This document shows positions 8,659-18,613 of a stretch of DNA of 32,000 nucleotides, in pieces. Numbering within the stretch: the first letter of the stretch is position 1; every line of letters begins with the position of its first letter. The notes beneath the pieces were generated by a model. That model saw nothing but the letters and a program-made list of their open reading frames with translations, was not told the origin of the DNA and did no database searches. Location of the stretch: positions 60,001 through 92,000 of the forward strand of contig JAWBCC010000003.1 in the NCBI GenBank assembly GCA_038823825.1. Reading direction: 5' to 3'. The translations under genes and the position numbers were made by a program. The stretch is from Candidatus Hadarchaeales archaeon. Its GTDB lineage: Archaea > Hadarchaeota > Hadarchaeia > Hadarchaeales > Hadarchaeaceae.

Positions 8659-9580
8659 GAGAGAACATTCTTTCTATCGCTCTTCTAGCTCTCTCAGCAG
8701 TTTTTTCCGGGACTTTTATCTCATATTTTTCATCTCTTAGACTTATGTAGAGTTTTTCTAACGTATGCTTTTTCATCTGTTGACAGATTGCATCGGGGCA
8801 GGCAGGGATGAACTTCTTATCTGGATTCTCCTTTTTCAGTCGATGGAGAAGCCCGATTTCTGTTGCTATGATAAAGGTTCTCGCGTTAGATTCGCGAGCT
8901 CTCTTTATCATCTGGCTCGTGCTGCAAACATGTGTGGCTATTTGCTGGATTTCTGGGTCGCACTCTGGATGGGCCAAAATTTCTGCATCCGGATATTTTT
9001 GTTTTAGAAGAAGGATGTCTTCAACTTTGAACATTCTGTGGACATAACAGTATCCATCATATGGAACCGGGATAACTGTTTTCTTGGTTTTCTGTTGGGT
9101 GAACCAGGCGAGATTTCTGTCTGGACCAAACAGAACGACATCTTCATCGAGCGAGTTAATGACTGAGGGAGCGTTGGCCGATGTACAGATCACATCAGCT
9201 TCCGCTTTAGCTTCTGCTGTCGTGTTTACGTAAAGCACAACTGGAACTCCGGGGTGCTCCTTCTTTTTTTCGAGTAAAACGCGTAGGGGAAGTTGTGCGG
9301 CGAGAGGACATGAGGCCTCCACATCTGGGATAAGGACTTTTTTTTCTGGATTGAGAATAGATGCAGTTTCGGCCATGAAGTCCACACCACAGAAAACAAC
9401 TAGATTTTTATCGATCTTCGTGCACGCAAGTGCGAGTTCTAGCGAATCTCCAACGAAGTCCGCCAAATCTTGGATTTCCGGGATCTGATAATTGTGTGCT
9501 AAAATGACAGCTTTTTTCTTTTCCTTGAGTTCTACGATTTTTTCAACGATTTCATCTACTTTCCTCATCATGTTCACCAA
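8636..9580 (-). CDS. nadA: Quinolinate synthase
   Basis: KAVILAHNYQIPEIQDLADFVGDSLELA, VVFCGVDFMAETASILNPEK, DRNLAWFTQQ, AHPECDPEIQQIA, CPDAICQQMKK. Confidence 0.95.
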   Translation of the reverse strand: MVNMMRKVDEIVEKIVELKEKKKAVILAHNYQIPEIQDLADFVGDSLELALACTKIDKNLVVFCGVDFMAETASILNPEKKVLIPDVEASCPLAAQLPLRVLLEKKKEHPGVPVVLYVNTTAEAKAEADVICTSANAPSVINSLDEDVVLFGPDRNLAWFTQQKTKKTVIPVPYDGYCYVHRMFKVEDILLLKQKYPDAEILAHPECDPEIQQIATHVCSTSQMIKRARESNARTFIIATEIGLLHRLKKENPDKKFIPACPDAICQQMKKHTLEKLYISLRDEKYEIKVPEKTAERARRAIERMFSLTRIRQD

Positions 9581-10290
9581 GTCCCGAACATGAAATCTTG
9601 ATACTCGACATATCTTTTGTAAAGGCGGGATCTCCTCCTTTTAACGTAAATTCCGGCGAGAACTCCGACGACTATTCCAATTAGATGGGCAAGGTTCGCG
9701 ACCGAACTTTGCGGAAGAGTAAGAGCCATGAGGGCCGAGAGAATTCCAAAGCCCGTGATGAACATCCAGAGGCGCATCGGAATGAAGAAAAAAAGGAGGA
9801 CCGGGAGTCTAGGCATGATAACCGCTAGGGTTCCGAGTAGTCCAAGAATCGCTCCGCTGGCCCCGAGGACGATGACGTCTGGAGGGCTAACTGAAAGCTG
9901 AGCGAGTGCGGCAATTACGCCTGAGAGGAAAAAGATAGCGAGAAAGTTTGCCTTTCCTATTTTCATCTCTAGCATCGGGGAGAAGGAAATGAAGACGATA
10001 ATGTTCACAAGCAGGTGGAGAATCCCCCCGTGTGCGAATATCGATGTGATGAGAGTCCACGGTCTCTCAGCCAGAGTTCTTCTTGATGGGCACAAATAGT
10101 AAAGAAAAGAATTCCTGTCTCCAGAAATAAAGTAGTTTTCGCCAAGACTGACTTCTGCAACGATCTGAAGGATGAAAACTCCAATTATTGCTGCGGTCAA
10201 GATATAAGTGGCAATGGGTCTTTCCAATCTGCGGAAGACGAAGCGCACAGTTGATGGCTCGTATTCGACGTATCCAAATTCTATGCTCAT
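9574..10290 (-). CDS. Rhomboid family intramembrane serine protease
   Basis: LITSIFAHGGILHLLVNIIVF, VLGASGAILGLLGTLAV (catalytic Ser), ANLAHLIGIVVGVLAG (catalytic His). Confidence 0.92.
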   Translation of the reverse strand: MSIEFGYVEYEPSTVRFVFRRLERPIATYILTAAIIGVFILQIVAEVSLGENYFISGDRNSFLYYLCPSRRTLAERPWTLITSIFAHGGILHLLVNIIVFISFSPMLEMKIGKANFLAIFFLSGVIAALAQLSVSPPDVIVLGASGAILGLLGTLAVIMPRLPVLLFFFIPMRLWMFITGFGILSALMALTLPQSSVANLAHLIGIVVGVLAGIYVKRRRSRLYKRYVEYQDFMFGTW

Positions 10291-10371
10291 CTATGAAAAT
10301 GCAGATATCATTGGATTTAAATCACACTCCTCGAAAAACTTAAAGTCATGTGACGAAAAAAGAGAGAATAG

Positions 10372-10449
10372 GGGCCGGTAGCTCAGCCTGGTATGAGCAC
10401 TCGCTTGGCATGCGAGGGGTCGCGGGTTCAAATCCCGCCCGGTCCACCA
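10372..10449 (+). tRNA. tRNA-Ala (anticodon GGC), CCA encoded
   Basis: GGGCCGG/CCGGTCC acceptor, CTCGC-TTGGCAT-GCGAG anticodon arm, CGCGGG TTCAAAT CCCGC T arm. Confidence 0.95.
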
Positions 10450-10513
10450 ATTCTATTTTTTGTTGAATAAGAGGTGTTTAAATACCCCTAAAGGGATTGG
10501 TTTTGGTGCAAAC

Positions 10514-13500
10514 GTGGATGAAAGTGGTAGTAATGTGCTGAGCACCTTTTTTGGTACATTGCTTTTAATATCGCTTCTCGCCTTCTCTGTTTCGTTTGTG
10601 TTTCTGTTTTCTGCGAGAACGGTTTCCGCATCGCCTGACTCTCACGCTCCGATATACATAGTTGGGAATGAAAACTTCACGCCTGCAAACGGTGTTCGCT
10701 CGGGTTCTGGAACCGAAACAGATCCTTACATAATCGAGAACTGGGAAATCGATGCTTCCACGGGACACGGGATCCACATTAAAAACACCACTGCATATTT
10801 CGTAATCAGAAATGTGTTGGTTGAGAACGGGAGCGGTGCTTACTATGGGATTTATCTAGAAAACGTGGTTAACGGCAGGCTCAGTAATAACATCGTGGGG
10901 AACAACGAGTGCGGTATTTATCTATACTCCTCAGACAATAACACTCTCTCGGGGAACGTCGTTGAGAACAACGAGACCGGTATTTACCTTGACAATTCCA
11001 ACAGCAACTTTCTCTTCGGCAACATCTTGGCGAACAACGGCACCGGCATCTTGCTCATTTATTCAGAAAATAATACTCTATCGGGAAACAATTTGGAGAA
11101 CAACGAGTACTACGGTGTTGATCTATACTACTCCGACAACAACACAATCTCCGGGAACAACATAGAAAGGTCATGGGACACGGGAATATGCATTGATGAG
11201 TCATCCGAAAACAACTATTTGAGCAACAATCAGATTAGACAATCTGATTATGGTTTTTATTTTTACTACTCCGGGAACAACTTTTTAGAAAATAATCTGG
11301 TTGAAAACTCTTCATACTCGGCGATATGGATAGATCACTCCGAAAATATAAAAATGCGGAAAAATGTGATGAAATTAGGACCCAGCCTCGTTATACAGGG
11401 CGGGTACCTCTTCCATTTCCTTCACGATATCGACAACTCAAATCTCGCGAACGGAAAGCCAATCCTCTATTTGACAGGGAAGGAGAACAACCTCGTGATC
11501 AACCAGGACAACAAAGTGGGATGGCTCGGTCTGGTGAACTCCGAGAACATGCGGGTTGAAAACATTGTCGTTGAGTCCATTCTGCTAGCTTTTACGTCAA
11601 AAAGCAAAATCGAGAACGTAATGGTTGAAAATGGATACTATGCAATCGAACTTTTCAAATCTTCCAACAATAGAATTCTGAGATCTTACATTGCTAGGGG
11701 TTTATATGGCATCTATTTACAAAACTCTCCCAACAATTTGATCTCTAGCTGCGAACTGGAAAGATCTTACTATAGTGTATGTGTCACTTATTCCGATAAC
11801 ATCGAAATCTCAAACAACATCGTGAGAATTGCGAGCCTTGGCATATATCTCTATCAGTGCGACAATATGGTTATCGCGGGAAACACGATTCGAGACATCG
11901 AAAATTTTGCGGGAGTTGAGAGCTTTAAACTCACTAATAGCAGGATTTCAAATAACAGCTTTATCAACGTTTCTGCTCAGTATGTGATTGTCAGTTACGG
12001 CTATTCTGAAAATATTTCTATTACCGGAAATATTATCGGAGGAGGAGGCAATTATTATGGGATATACACCGAACATTGGAATGAAGCGTTTATCTGTGGG
12101 AATACTATCGAGAACAACGTGGTCGCGGGCATATATCTCCATAGCCCTGAAAATTGCACAATTGAGAACAATATCTTAAGAAACAACCCAACTGGTATTT
12201 CTCTCTCCTACAATGCGAAAAGCAACAAAATTTCTGGGAACTGGCTGGAAAACAACAATAACTCCTCTCTCAGTATAACGAGTTATTCGGATAACAACAG
12301 GATAGTAAATAACACGATTAAGAAAAGTTCAGAGATGCGCATTAATTGGTCTAATTTCATCACGGTGGAAAATAATACAGTAGAAGACAGTTCCGGCTTC
12401 GCGTATTTATACTCATCCGACAACAATCTCATCTCAAACAATAAAATAACGAATGTTATTAGCGGGATAACCATGAGCACTTCTTGCGAGTACAATAGAA
12501 TAGAAAACAACTTTATTACTAAAGTAGCTACTAGCGGGGTCTTGCTAATGAGCACTAATTGTCAGTGGAACAAGATCTCTGGAAATAAGATTGAAAATTC
12601 CAATTGGGGCATAGAGGTAAGTTATAAAAATAACGAAATCTTTTCGAACGTGGTGAAGTTTTCAAGTAAAGGAATTTATGTCTATGGACAGTCGGATAAT
12701 ACCACAATCTTCGGAAACATTTTGGAGAATAATGAGGAGGGCATCCGCGTATCTAACTCAAAGGCAGAAATCACGGGGAACGATTTAAAGGGAAACACTT
12801 ATGGAATTTACCTAGCGACAAAAACAACCACTGTCTTGCATAATACGATAGTGGATGGCAATTATGGAATTTATTCATACTACTCCGAAAACATTCTGAT
12901 CGAAAACAACGTAATAGAGAGAAATTTGCTCGCAGGCATCTATTTTGATAGTTCAAAGAGCAATTTGATCGAAAACACCAAGATAGAAGGAAACGTTCAG
13001 TACGGCATATATCTTTTCTACTCGGATAACAACAGAATTCTAAACAACGATATCTTGAGCAGTTATCAAGGAATGTATCTATATCAGTCTAAGGACGCTG
13101 TGATCTCCGGTAACAGAGTGGAAAATAATGAGCAGGGAATATATCTTATGTACTCGAGTAAGGACAACATTCTAAACAATACTATACGTAGCAATAAATT
13201 TGGCGTTCTAATCGTCTGGGCTTCGTTAAATAATATAGTTGAGAACAACGAGGTCGATAGCAACCGGACCGGTGTGTATCTGTTTGGATCAAAATCTAAC
13301 ATCCTCCGCAGCAACAAAATCCTGTGGAGCACGGACACCGGGATAGGCGTTTACAATAATGCGGAGCTTAACAGGCTGGAAAACAATACCTGCGAGAACA
13401 ACGCATTTGGGATTCGCTTGGACACGGCGAAAAAAACCATTTTGAGAGGCAACAAACTCGAGAATAACGTTTGGTATGGGTTGTTCGTCAGCGGCTACCA

Positions 13501-16378
13501 GATGGACTACTACGACCACGATATCGACAACTCGAACGAACTCAACGGAAAACCGATTCTCTATCTGGTGGGAGAAAACAACATAGTGATTAACCAAGAC
13601 AACGATCCGGGCTTTCTAGGTCTCGTAGGTCTGGAGAATGTGAGGGCGGAAAATCTACAACCGGAATCTATTCTTCTCGTATTTACCGAAAACGTTTTGC
13701 TTAGAAATCATGCCGCACGCAGTCTCATTATGTGTTTTTCTGAAAACTGTAGACTAGAAAATAGCATCTCCGAGAACGGCATGTTTGGCATTTTAATTTG
13801 GTGGTCTAGAAATCTAACACTCCGAGCGAACCAAGCAAGAAACTGTCTCTATAATTTTGGCGTCGAAGGATGGGAGCTTCCTCATTACCTACATGATATT
13901 GATAACTCGAACTCGGTAAACGGGAAACCGGTCATCTATCTGATAAACGAAAACAACATCACGATTGAGCAGGGCGATCAGCCGGGTTACTTGGGCCTCA
14001 TTAATCTGAGCAGCGCGAAGGTTAAAGATGTCAAATTTGAGAAAAACTGTCAGGGAATTCTGCTTTTCAGCGTAGAGAACATAGAAATCGAGAATGTCGA
14101 TCTCAAAGCCAACTGGTTAGGTCTGGAGGCCAGCTTTTTGAAAGGTGGCGAGGTTAGCAACAACAGGATCGAAAATAACCTTGAAGGTTGCGTAATCCGG
14201 GATTCGAATAGCAATCTTTTCCATTCGAACATAGTGAGGAATAACCAAGAAGATGGTTTTTTGGTGAAAACTTCGGAAAACATTGTTTTCAGCGGAAACT
14301 TCGTTGAGAACAGCAATTATGGTATTAATGCATCCGAAACGGACAACATTATCATCACCGGGAACACAATAGAGCACACCTCAGAGTTTGGAATATACCT
14401 CGATATGATTTTAGGTGGCAGCGTGACTTTCAACAATTTGCGGAACAATCAAACCGGAATTAGAGTTGACAGCGGCAGTCGATTGGTTATTTCCTACAAC
14501 GTTATTGAGAACAGCTCGGATCGAGATATCATATTTAATGGAGAAAATTCTGTTTTCGAGGCAAACGTCTACACAACAGCAGACGGCATTCCTCACATAC
14601 ATTCAGTTTCTGTTACGAACATCACGCAGACATCTGCAACGATAACTTGGGTTACTGATGAGGACTCAACAACCGTTGTAGAATACGGACCAACAACGGC
14701 ATACGGATACACCGCCACCGATGGTGTGACGAAAAACCATCAGGTGAACCTCTCCAACCTTTCACCTGGAACAATCTACCACTTCCGCGTCCTTTCAACC
14801 GACAGTGAAAACAACCTTGAGATATCAAGGGACTTCACCTTCATGACGGCTTCACCTCCACCTCCACCGCCCCCACCGCCTCCTCCACCTGCCCAGATCT
14901 CAACATCCATAACGATCGAGCCATTTGCCTTCTCCATTGTCTCAGGAGGTTCTAGAGAGATAACAGCCATTCTGAGGGATAACGGAGGGAACCCGCTTTC
15001 CGGAAAGACGATATCGTGGAGCACAACCGCTGGAACAATAACCCAGACGAGCGTGACAGACAACCTTGGGAGGGCAATCGCAACCTTCACGGCTCCTGTT
15101 GTCACGCGAGTGGAAAATGTGACTATCACGGCAACATTTGCTGGTGATGCAAGCTATTTGGGGAGTCAGGCAAACGCCCTATGTACGGTTTCTCCAACTC
15201 CTCTCATCCCAACAACCTTGAGAATTTCACCGCCAAGTTTCACAGTCAGAGTTGGTGGAAGGACAACACTGACCGCAATCCTCTTGGATAACGCTGGAAA
15301 TCCGCTCCAAGGGAAGCAGATAGTTTGGAGCACAAATTCCGGTTCGATTGAACCGATGAGCGGTCTCACGGACAACTACGGGAGAATGGAGGTGACGTTT
15401 TTCGCACCGTCGGTCAGCGGATCTGTTGAAATCGGAGCTATGTTCGCAGGAGATTCCACACATACTGGAAGCCAAGCTGCATGTGAGGGAACCGTTTCCC
15501 CTCTTCAGGCCAGGATAGACATAACTCCTGATGTCATCTACAGAGGTTCCCTGCCACGCTGGATCTTCTGCTACATAGAGATCCCGGAGGAGAATGTGGA
15601 AGAGATAGATGTTGGCAGCGTTAGGCTTCAGCAAATTCCTGTTGATCCTAGCGCTCCGACGTCAGTCGGAGATCATGACGGGAACGGAATCCCAGACATT
15701 CTTCTAGGATTCAGCTCCCAGGCTCTTGCGCTTCCAGATTCCCCGGGCATTCTGCAACTTTCCGTCATCGGATTCGTTAAAGGACTGGAGTTCAAAGGCA
15801 CAACCGCTGTCCTTTACACAACCATTTCAGAAAACTTGAAGCCGATGATTTTTATTTTAGAAAACCTCCAGCCCGGCTCCTGGCCGGTTTTCTTGGAAAA
15901 CATCTCTCTAAACCGGATTGACATCATCCTCGAGAACTATAGGGAAAGAGCCCAGCTCTTTGTTCTAGAACTTTTCAGTCCTCCGGAGGGAATTCCTTCG
16001 GCCCCAGGAATAGTCTACAGATATCTCTTGATAACCGTGGAGAACCTGGAGGAGGTAGAAAACGTTTCCCTGACTTTTGCCGTAAGCCGCTCTTGGATTT
16101 CCTCCTCAAACATCTCTGAAAATCTGATTTTCCTAAAGAGATTCGACGCATCTGAAAACATATGGGAAAACATACCGATCACGTTGGTCGGAGAAGATGA
16201 AAGCTACGTCTACTTCCGTGCAAACTTGCGAGGTTTCTCTCTTTTTGCTATCTCCGGTCTCCCCGCAGCTGCGCCTAAACCAGAGGCCAAGCCAAGGACT
16301 GAGATCCTGATAGCTGTGATCGTCGTCATTATCATAATCCTTCTTTTTATCCTAATCTCTCTTAGGAGAAGGCAGTGA
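10514..16378 (+). CDS. Giant surface-exposed protein: signal peptide, NosD-type parallel beta-helix repeats, Fn3-like domain, poly-Pro linker, two Ig-like (Big_1) domains, PGF-pre-PGF-like domain, C-terminal TM
   Basis: ORF 10460-16378; ~22 residue beta-helix rungs (NxIsgNxIexNexGIyLxxSdNNxI); SVTNITQTSATITWVTDEDSTTVVEYG; SPPPPPPPPPPPP; FSIVSGGSREITAILRDNGGNPLSGKTISWSTTAG and VRVGGRTTLTAILLDNAGNPLQGKQIVWSTNSG; ISENLIFLKRFDASENIWENIPITLVGEDESYVYFRANLRGFSLFAI; AVIVVIIIILLFILISLRRRQ. TATA-like TTTAAATA at 10477 argues for GTG 10514 (or 10535) as start. Confidence 0.9.
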   Translation: MDESGSNVLSTFFGTLLLISLLAFSVSFVFLFSARTVSASPDSHAPIYIVGNENFTPANGVRSGSGTETDPYIIENWEIDASTGHGIHIKNTTAYFVIRNVLVENGSGAYYGIYLENVVNGRLSNNIVGNNECGIYLYSSDNNTLSGNVVENNETGIYLDNSNSNFLFGNILANNGTGILLIYSENNTLSGNNLENNEYYGVDLYYSDNNTISGNNIERSWDTGICIDESSENNYLSNNQIRQSDYGFYFYYSGNNFLENNLVENSSYSAIWIDHSENIKMRKNVMKLGPSLVIQGGYLFHFLHDIDNSNLANGKPILYLTGKENNLVINQDNKVGWLGLVNSENMRVENIVVESILLAFTSKSKIENVMVENGYYAIELFKSSNNRILRSYIARGLYGIYLQNSPNNLISSCELERSYYSVCVTYSDNIEISNNIVRIASLGIYLYQCDNMVIAGNTIRDIENFAGVESFKLTNSRISNNSFINVSAQYVIVSYGYSENISITGNIIGGGGNYYGIYTEHWNEAFICGNTIENNVVAGIYLHSPENCTIENNILRNNPTGISLSYNAKSNKISGNWLENNNNSSLSITSYSDNNRIVNNTIKKSSEMRINWSNFITVENNTVEDSSGFAYLYSSDNNLISNNKITNVISGITMSTSCEYNRIENNFITKVATSGVLLMSTNCQWNKISGNKIENSNWGIEVSYKNNEIFSNVVKFSSKGIYVYGQSDNTTIFGNILENNEEGIRVSNSKAEITGNDLKGNTYGIYLATKTTTVLHNTIVDGNYGIYSYYSENILIENNVIERNLLAGIYFDSSKSNLIENTKIEGNVQYGIYLFYSDNNRILNNDILSSYQGMYLYQSKDAVISGNRVENNEQGIYLMYSSKDNILNNTIRSNKFGVLIVWASLNNIVENNEVDSNRTGVYLFGSKSNILRSNKILWSTDTGIGVYNNAELNRLENNTCENNAFGIRLDTAKKTILRGNKLENNVWYGLFVSGYQMDYYDHDIDNSNELNGKPILYLVGENNIVINQDNDPGFLGLVGLENVRAENLQPESILLVFTENVLLRNHAARSLIMCFSENCRLENSISENGMFGILIWWSRNLTLRANQARNCLYNFGVEGWELPHYLHDIDNSNSVNGKPVIYLINENNITIEQGDQPGYLGLINLSSAKVKDVKFEKNCQGILLFSVENIEIENVDLKANWLGLEASFLKGGEVSNNRIENNLEGCVIRDSNSNLFHSNIVRNNQEDGFLVKTSENIVFSGNFVENSNYGINASETDNIIITGNTIEHTSEFGIYLDMILGGSVTFNNLRNNQTGIRVDSGSRLVISYNVIENSSDRDIIFNGENSVFEANVYTTADGIPHIHSVSVTNITQTSATITWVTDEDSTTVVEYGPTTAYGYTATDGVTKNHQVNLSNLSPGTIYHFRVLSTDSENNLEISRDFTFMTASPPPPPPPPPPPPAQISTSITIEPFAFSIVSGGSREITAILRDNGGNPLSGKTISWSTTAGTITQTSVTDNLGRAIATFTAPVVTRVENVTITATFAGDASYLGSQANALCTVSPTPLIPTTLRISPPSFTVRVGGRTTLTAILLDNAGNPLQGKQIVWSTNSGSIEPMSGLTDNYGRMEVTFFAPSVSGSVEIGAMFAGDSTHTGSQAACEGTVSPLQARIDITPDVIYRGSLPRWIFCYIEIPEENVEEIDVGSVRLQQIPVDPSAPTSVGDHDGNGIPDILLGFSSQALALPDSPGILQLSVIGFVKGLEFKGTTAVLYTTISENLKPMIFILENLQPGSWPVFLENISLNRIDIILENYRERAQLFVLELFSPPEGIPSAPGIVYRYLLITVENLEEVENVSLTFAVSRSWISSSNISENLIFLKRFDASENIWENIPITLVGEDESYVYFRANLRGFSLFAISGLPAAAPKPEAKPRTEILIAVIVVIIIILLFILISLRRRQ
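11422..11580 (+). repeat. Intragenic module copy 1 (HDIDNSNxxNGKPIxYLxxxENNxxIxQDNxxGxLGLV)
   Basis: HDIDNSNLANGKPILYLTGKENNLVINQDNKVGWLGLVNSENMRVEN. Confidence 0.8.
13514..13660 (+). repeat. Intragenic module copy 2
   Basis: DHDIDNSNELNGKPILYLVGENNIVINQDNDPGFLGLVGLENVRAEN. Confidence 0.8.
13892..14040 (+). repeat. Intragenic module copy 3
   Basis: HDIDNSNSVNGKPVIYLINENNITIEQGDQPGYLGLINLSSAKVKD. Confidence 0.8.
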
Positions 16379-16465
16379 TGAGAATTCCATATTAACAGAG
16401 TTGATGGACGACTCGCAAAACAGTTTTTAACGTTGACTAAATGATGAACTTTGGAGAACTGTATG

Positions 16466-16858
16466 AAACGAAGGGAAATTATAAAAATCACATCTGAGTC
16501 CGGTGTGGAGATTTTGTGCGAAATCCGTTTTGACAAAAATCCGAAGACGGCTGAGGCTCTTATGAGGGCGATACCTTTCGAGACTCGAGCGGAGCTGTGG
16601 GGAAAAGAGGTCTATTTTGAGGTACCGTTTCGGATAGCTCTTGAAAATGCAGATGAAACGGTGAATCTGGGTGATGTGGCTTATTGGCCAGATGGTCCCT
16701 CTCTCTGTCTGTTCTTCGGACCAACTCCTTTAAGTCCTTCCTCAAAGGTCATCAAGCCCTATAGTCCTGTGAATGTGATAGGTAGAATTATTGGAGATCT
16801 GAGAATTCTTGAAAAAGTGAGAGAAGGCGAAAAGCTCGAAGTCGAAAGAGTTCCATAA
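16466..16858 (+). CDS. Cyclophilin-like fold protein
   Basis: FETRAELWGKEVYFEVPF, VNLGDVAYWPDGPSLCLFFGPTPLS, SPVNVIGRI; typical archaeal cyclophilin-like family. Longer ORF begins 16451. Confidence 0.75.
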   Translation, partial: KRREIIKITSESGVEILCEIRFDKNPKTAEALMRAIPFETRAELWGKEVYFEVPFRIALENADETVNLGDVAYWPDGPSLCLFFGPTPLSPSSKVIKPYSPVNVIGRIIGDLRILEKVREGEKLEVERVP

Positions 16859-16862
16859 ATCA

Positions 16863-17267
16863 TCATTTTTGCTCGGACACAGCCAGCCAGCTTTCCCAAA
16901 GATGGGGGACGGTGTCTAAGGACTTCATTTCCTCTGGGGTAATCCATCTTGCCTCCACATGCTCCCAGTCAATCTTCACCTCTCGATTTCTTACACGAAA
17001 TCTAAAAGGATGAATTACCCAGATAATCCCGAGTTCCTCGTCCTTAAACTCGTATGGTTCTCCCTCCGCCATCAGTTCGAAATCCTGAATGCCGGTCTCT
17101 TCTCGTATTTCTTTTTCGGCAGCTTCTCTAGGGGTTTCTCCCTCTTCGATGTAGCCAGCCACGGCGCCCCATTTACCTTGGTAAGTTCCAACTTTTTCGC
17201 TTCTTTTAAGCAAGAGAATCTTGCCCTCGCACTCTACGAAGCATGTTACGACTCGTTTCCTGAGCAT
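16863..17267 (-). CDS. NUDIX hydrolase
   Basis: GKILLLKRSEKVGTYQGKWGAVAGYIEEGETPREAAEKEIREETGI (Nudix box GX5EX7REUXEEXGU). Confidence 0.92.
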   Translation of the reverse strand: MLRKRVVTCFVECEGKILLLKRSEKVGTYQGKWGAVAGYIEEGETPREAAEKEIREETGIQDFELMAEGEPYEFKDEELGIIWVIHPFRFRVRNREVKIDWEHVEARWITPEEMKSLDTVPHLWESWLAVSEQK

Positions 17268-17288
17268 ACAATAGAATTTGCAAAGAGA

Positions 17289-17319
17289 TTTATTTATCTC
17301 ATTACGATATTCTCTACGG
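17289..17319 (+). promoter_or_regulatory. tRNA-Val(GAC) promoter, TATA-like TTTATTTAT
   Basis: Same sequence and spacing as upstream of tRNA-Val(CAC). Confidence 0.75.
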
Positions 17320-17320
17320 A

Positions 17321-17396
17321 GGGCCCGTGGTCTAGTGGTTATGACATCACCCTGACACGGTGAAGGTCGTGGGTTCGAATCCCACCGGGCCCACCA
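17321..17396 (+). tRNA. tRNA-Val (anticodon GAC), CCA encoded
   Basis: GGGCCCG/CGGGCCC acceptor, TCACC-CTGACAC-GGTGA anticodon arm, GTGGG-TTCGAAT-CCCAC T arm. Confidence 0.96.
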
Positions 17397-17464
17397 TCGT
17401 CAAAATTTTCAAAAATTTTACTAGAAAAATTTATTAACTCTCTTTGTGAATAACTCAGGTTATT

Positions 17465-18496
17465 ATGAGAACCACACCATACTTTGTGGAAAAGGTGAAA
17501 GCGATAGAAGTCAAAGGAAAGAGAATCTCCGAACTTCTTAAGGAGATGGGAGACACAGGTTTTCAAGGAAGAAAGCTCGCAGAAGTCGTTGATGTTTGGG
17601 AGGAGATGATAAAGCAAAAAGATCTCACGATAATAATGGGATTGACGGGCTCAATGAGCACAACCGGCATGTGGAAGATTATCTGTTGGTTAATCGAAAA
17701 TCGATATATCGATATCTTGGTTTCCACCGGTGCAAATATTTCCGAGGACATACTTGATGCCATGGGTGCGGGCTATTGGAAGGGTTCTCACCTCGTTGAT
17801 GACGAGGATCTGCTGCGTCACAAAATAGACAGATTCTACGATGTTTTTGCGGACGAGCTCGAATACCGGAAAATGGAGGAATTGATTGCAGAATTCATGA
17901 AGTCTATCGATGTGAACAAACTGTACACAACTAGGGAGTTCCTCTATAAATTTGGTAAATGGCTGGATGAGCGCGGAATTTATTGTATACTCTCTGCAGC
18001 ATACAGACATAAGGTCCCAGTCTACTGTCCAGCCCTTGTCGATAGCGGATATGGAATAGCTTCCCTTTGTGCGGAGAATAATCTGATGATAGACATGATG
18101 GAGGATTTTCGAGAACTCGTTCATGCTCTTAAAGACAGCAAGACGGGCGTGATTTACATAGGAGGAGGGGTCCCGAAAGATTTCGTTCAGCTTGTTGCAG
18201 TGGGTAGGGAATACCTACACGGTTGGAAAAATGTTCATCCTCATGAGTACGCTATTCAGATTACTACGGATTCTCCACAGTGGGGAGGACTCAGCGGATG
18301 TACTCTAGAAGAAGCGGTTAGTTGGGGAAAGACCTCTCCAAAGGGAAAGAAGATCACATGTTATTGTGATGCCACAATTGCTCTTCCGTTTGTTTCACAT
18401 GCTCTAGCGGAGAGAATAGGAAAGCCTAGAAAGGGCCCTGATTTTTCAGAGCTTTGCGAGAGAGAACTAAAAATTTATATCACCACAAAAAAATAA
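17465..18496 (+). CDS. dys: Deoxyhypusine synthase
   Basis: MGDTGFQGRKLAEVVDVWEEM, LTGSMSTTGMWKII, STGANISEDILDAMG, IYIGGGVPKDFVQL, ITTDSPQWGGLSGCTLEEAVSWGK. Confidence 0.95.
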   Translation: MRTTPYFVEKVKAIEVKGKRISELLKEMGDTGFQGRKLAEVVDVWEEMIKQKDLTIIMGLTGSMSTTGMWKIICWLIENRYIDILVSTGANISEDILDAMGAGYWKGSHLVDDEDLLRHKIDRFYDVFADELEYRKMEELIAEFMKSIDVNKLYTTREFLYKFGKWLDERGIYCILSAAYRHKVPVYCPALVDSGYGIASLCAENNLMIDMMEDFRELVHALKDSKTGVIYIGGGVPKDFVQLVAVGREYLHGWKNVHPHEYAIQITTDSPQWGGLSGCTLEEAVSWGKTSPKGKKITCYCDATIALPFVSHALAERIGKPRKGPDFSELCERELKIYITTKK

Positions 18497-18613
18497 TTCT
18501 TTGAGAAATATGGCCTGCAAGTCCGCGAAGAAGAAAAAGAAGGAAGAAAAGAAAGGAGTCTGCTAAAAGGGATTGCTCCGTCATCAAAAGCCTCTTTATA
18601 TCTAAGCTTTTGG

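Noticed and set aside
14861-14895. Microsatellite/slippage hotspot encoding poly-Pro
   Set aside because: The CCx run uses mixed codons (cct, cca, ccg, ccc) rather than a perfect short tandem repeat, so it is better read as a proline-rich linker.
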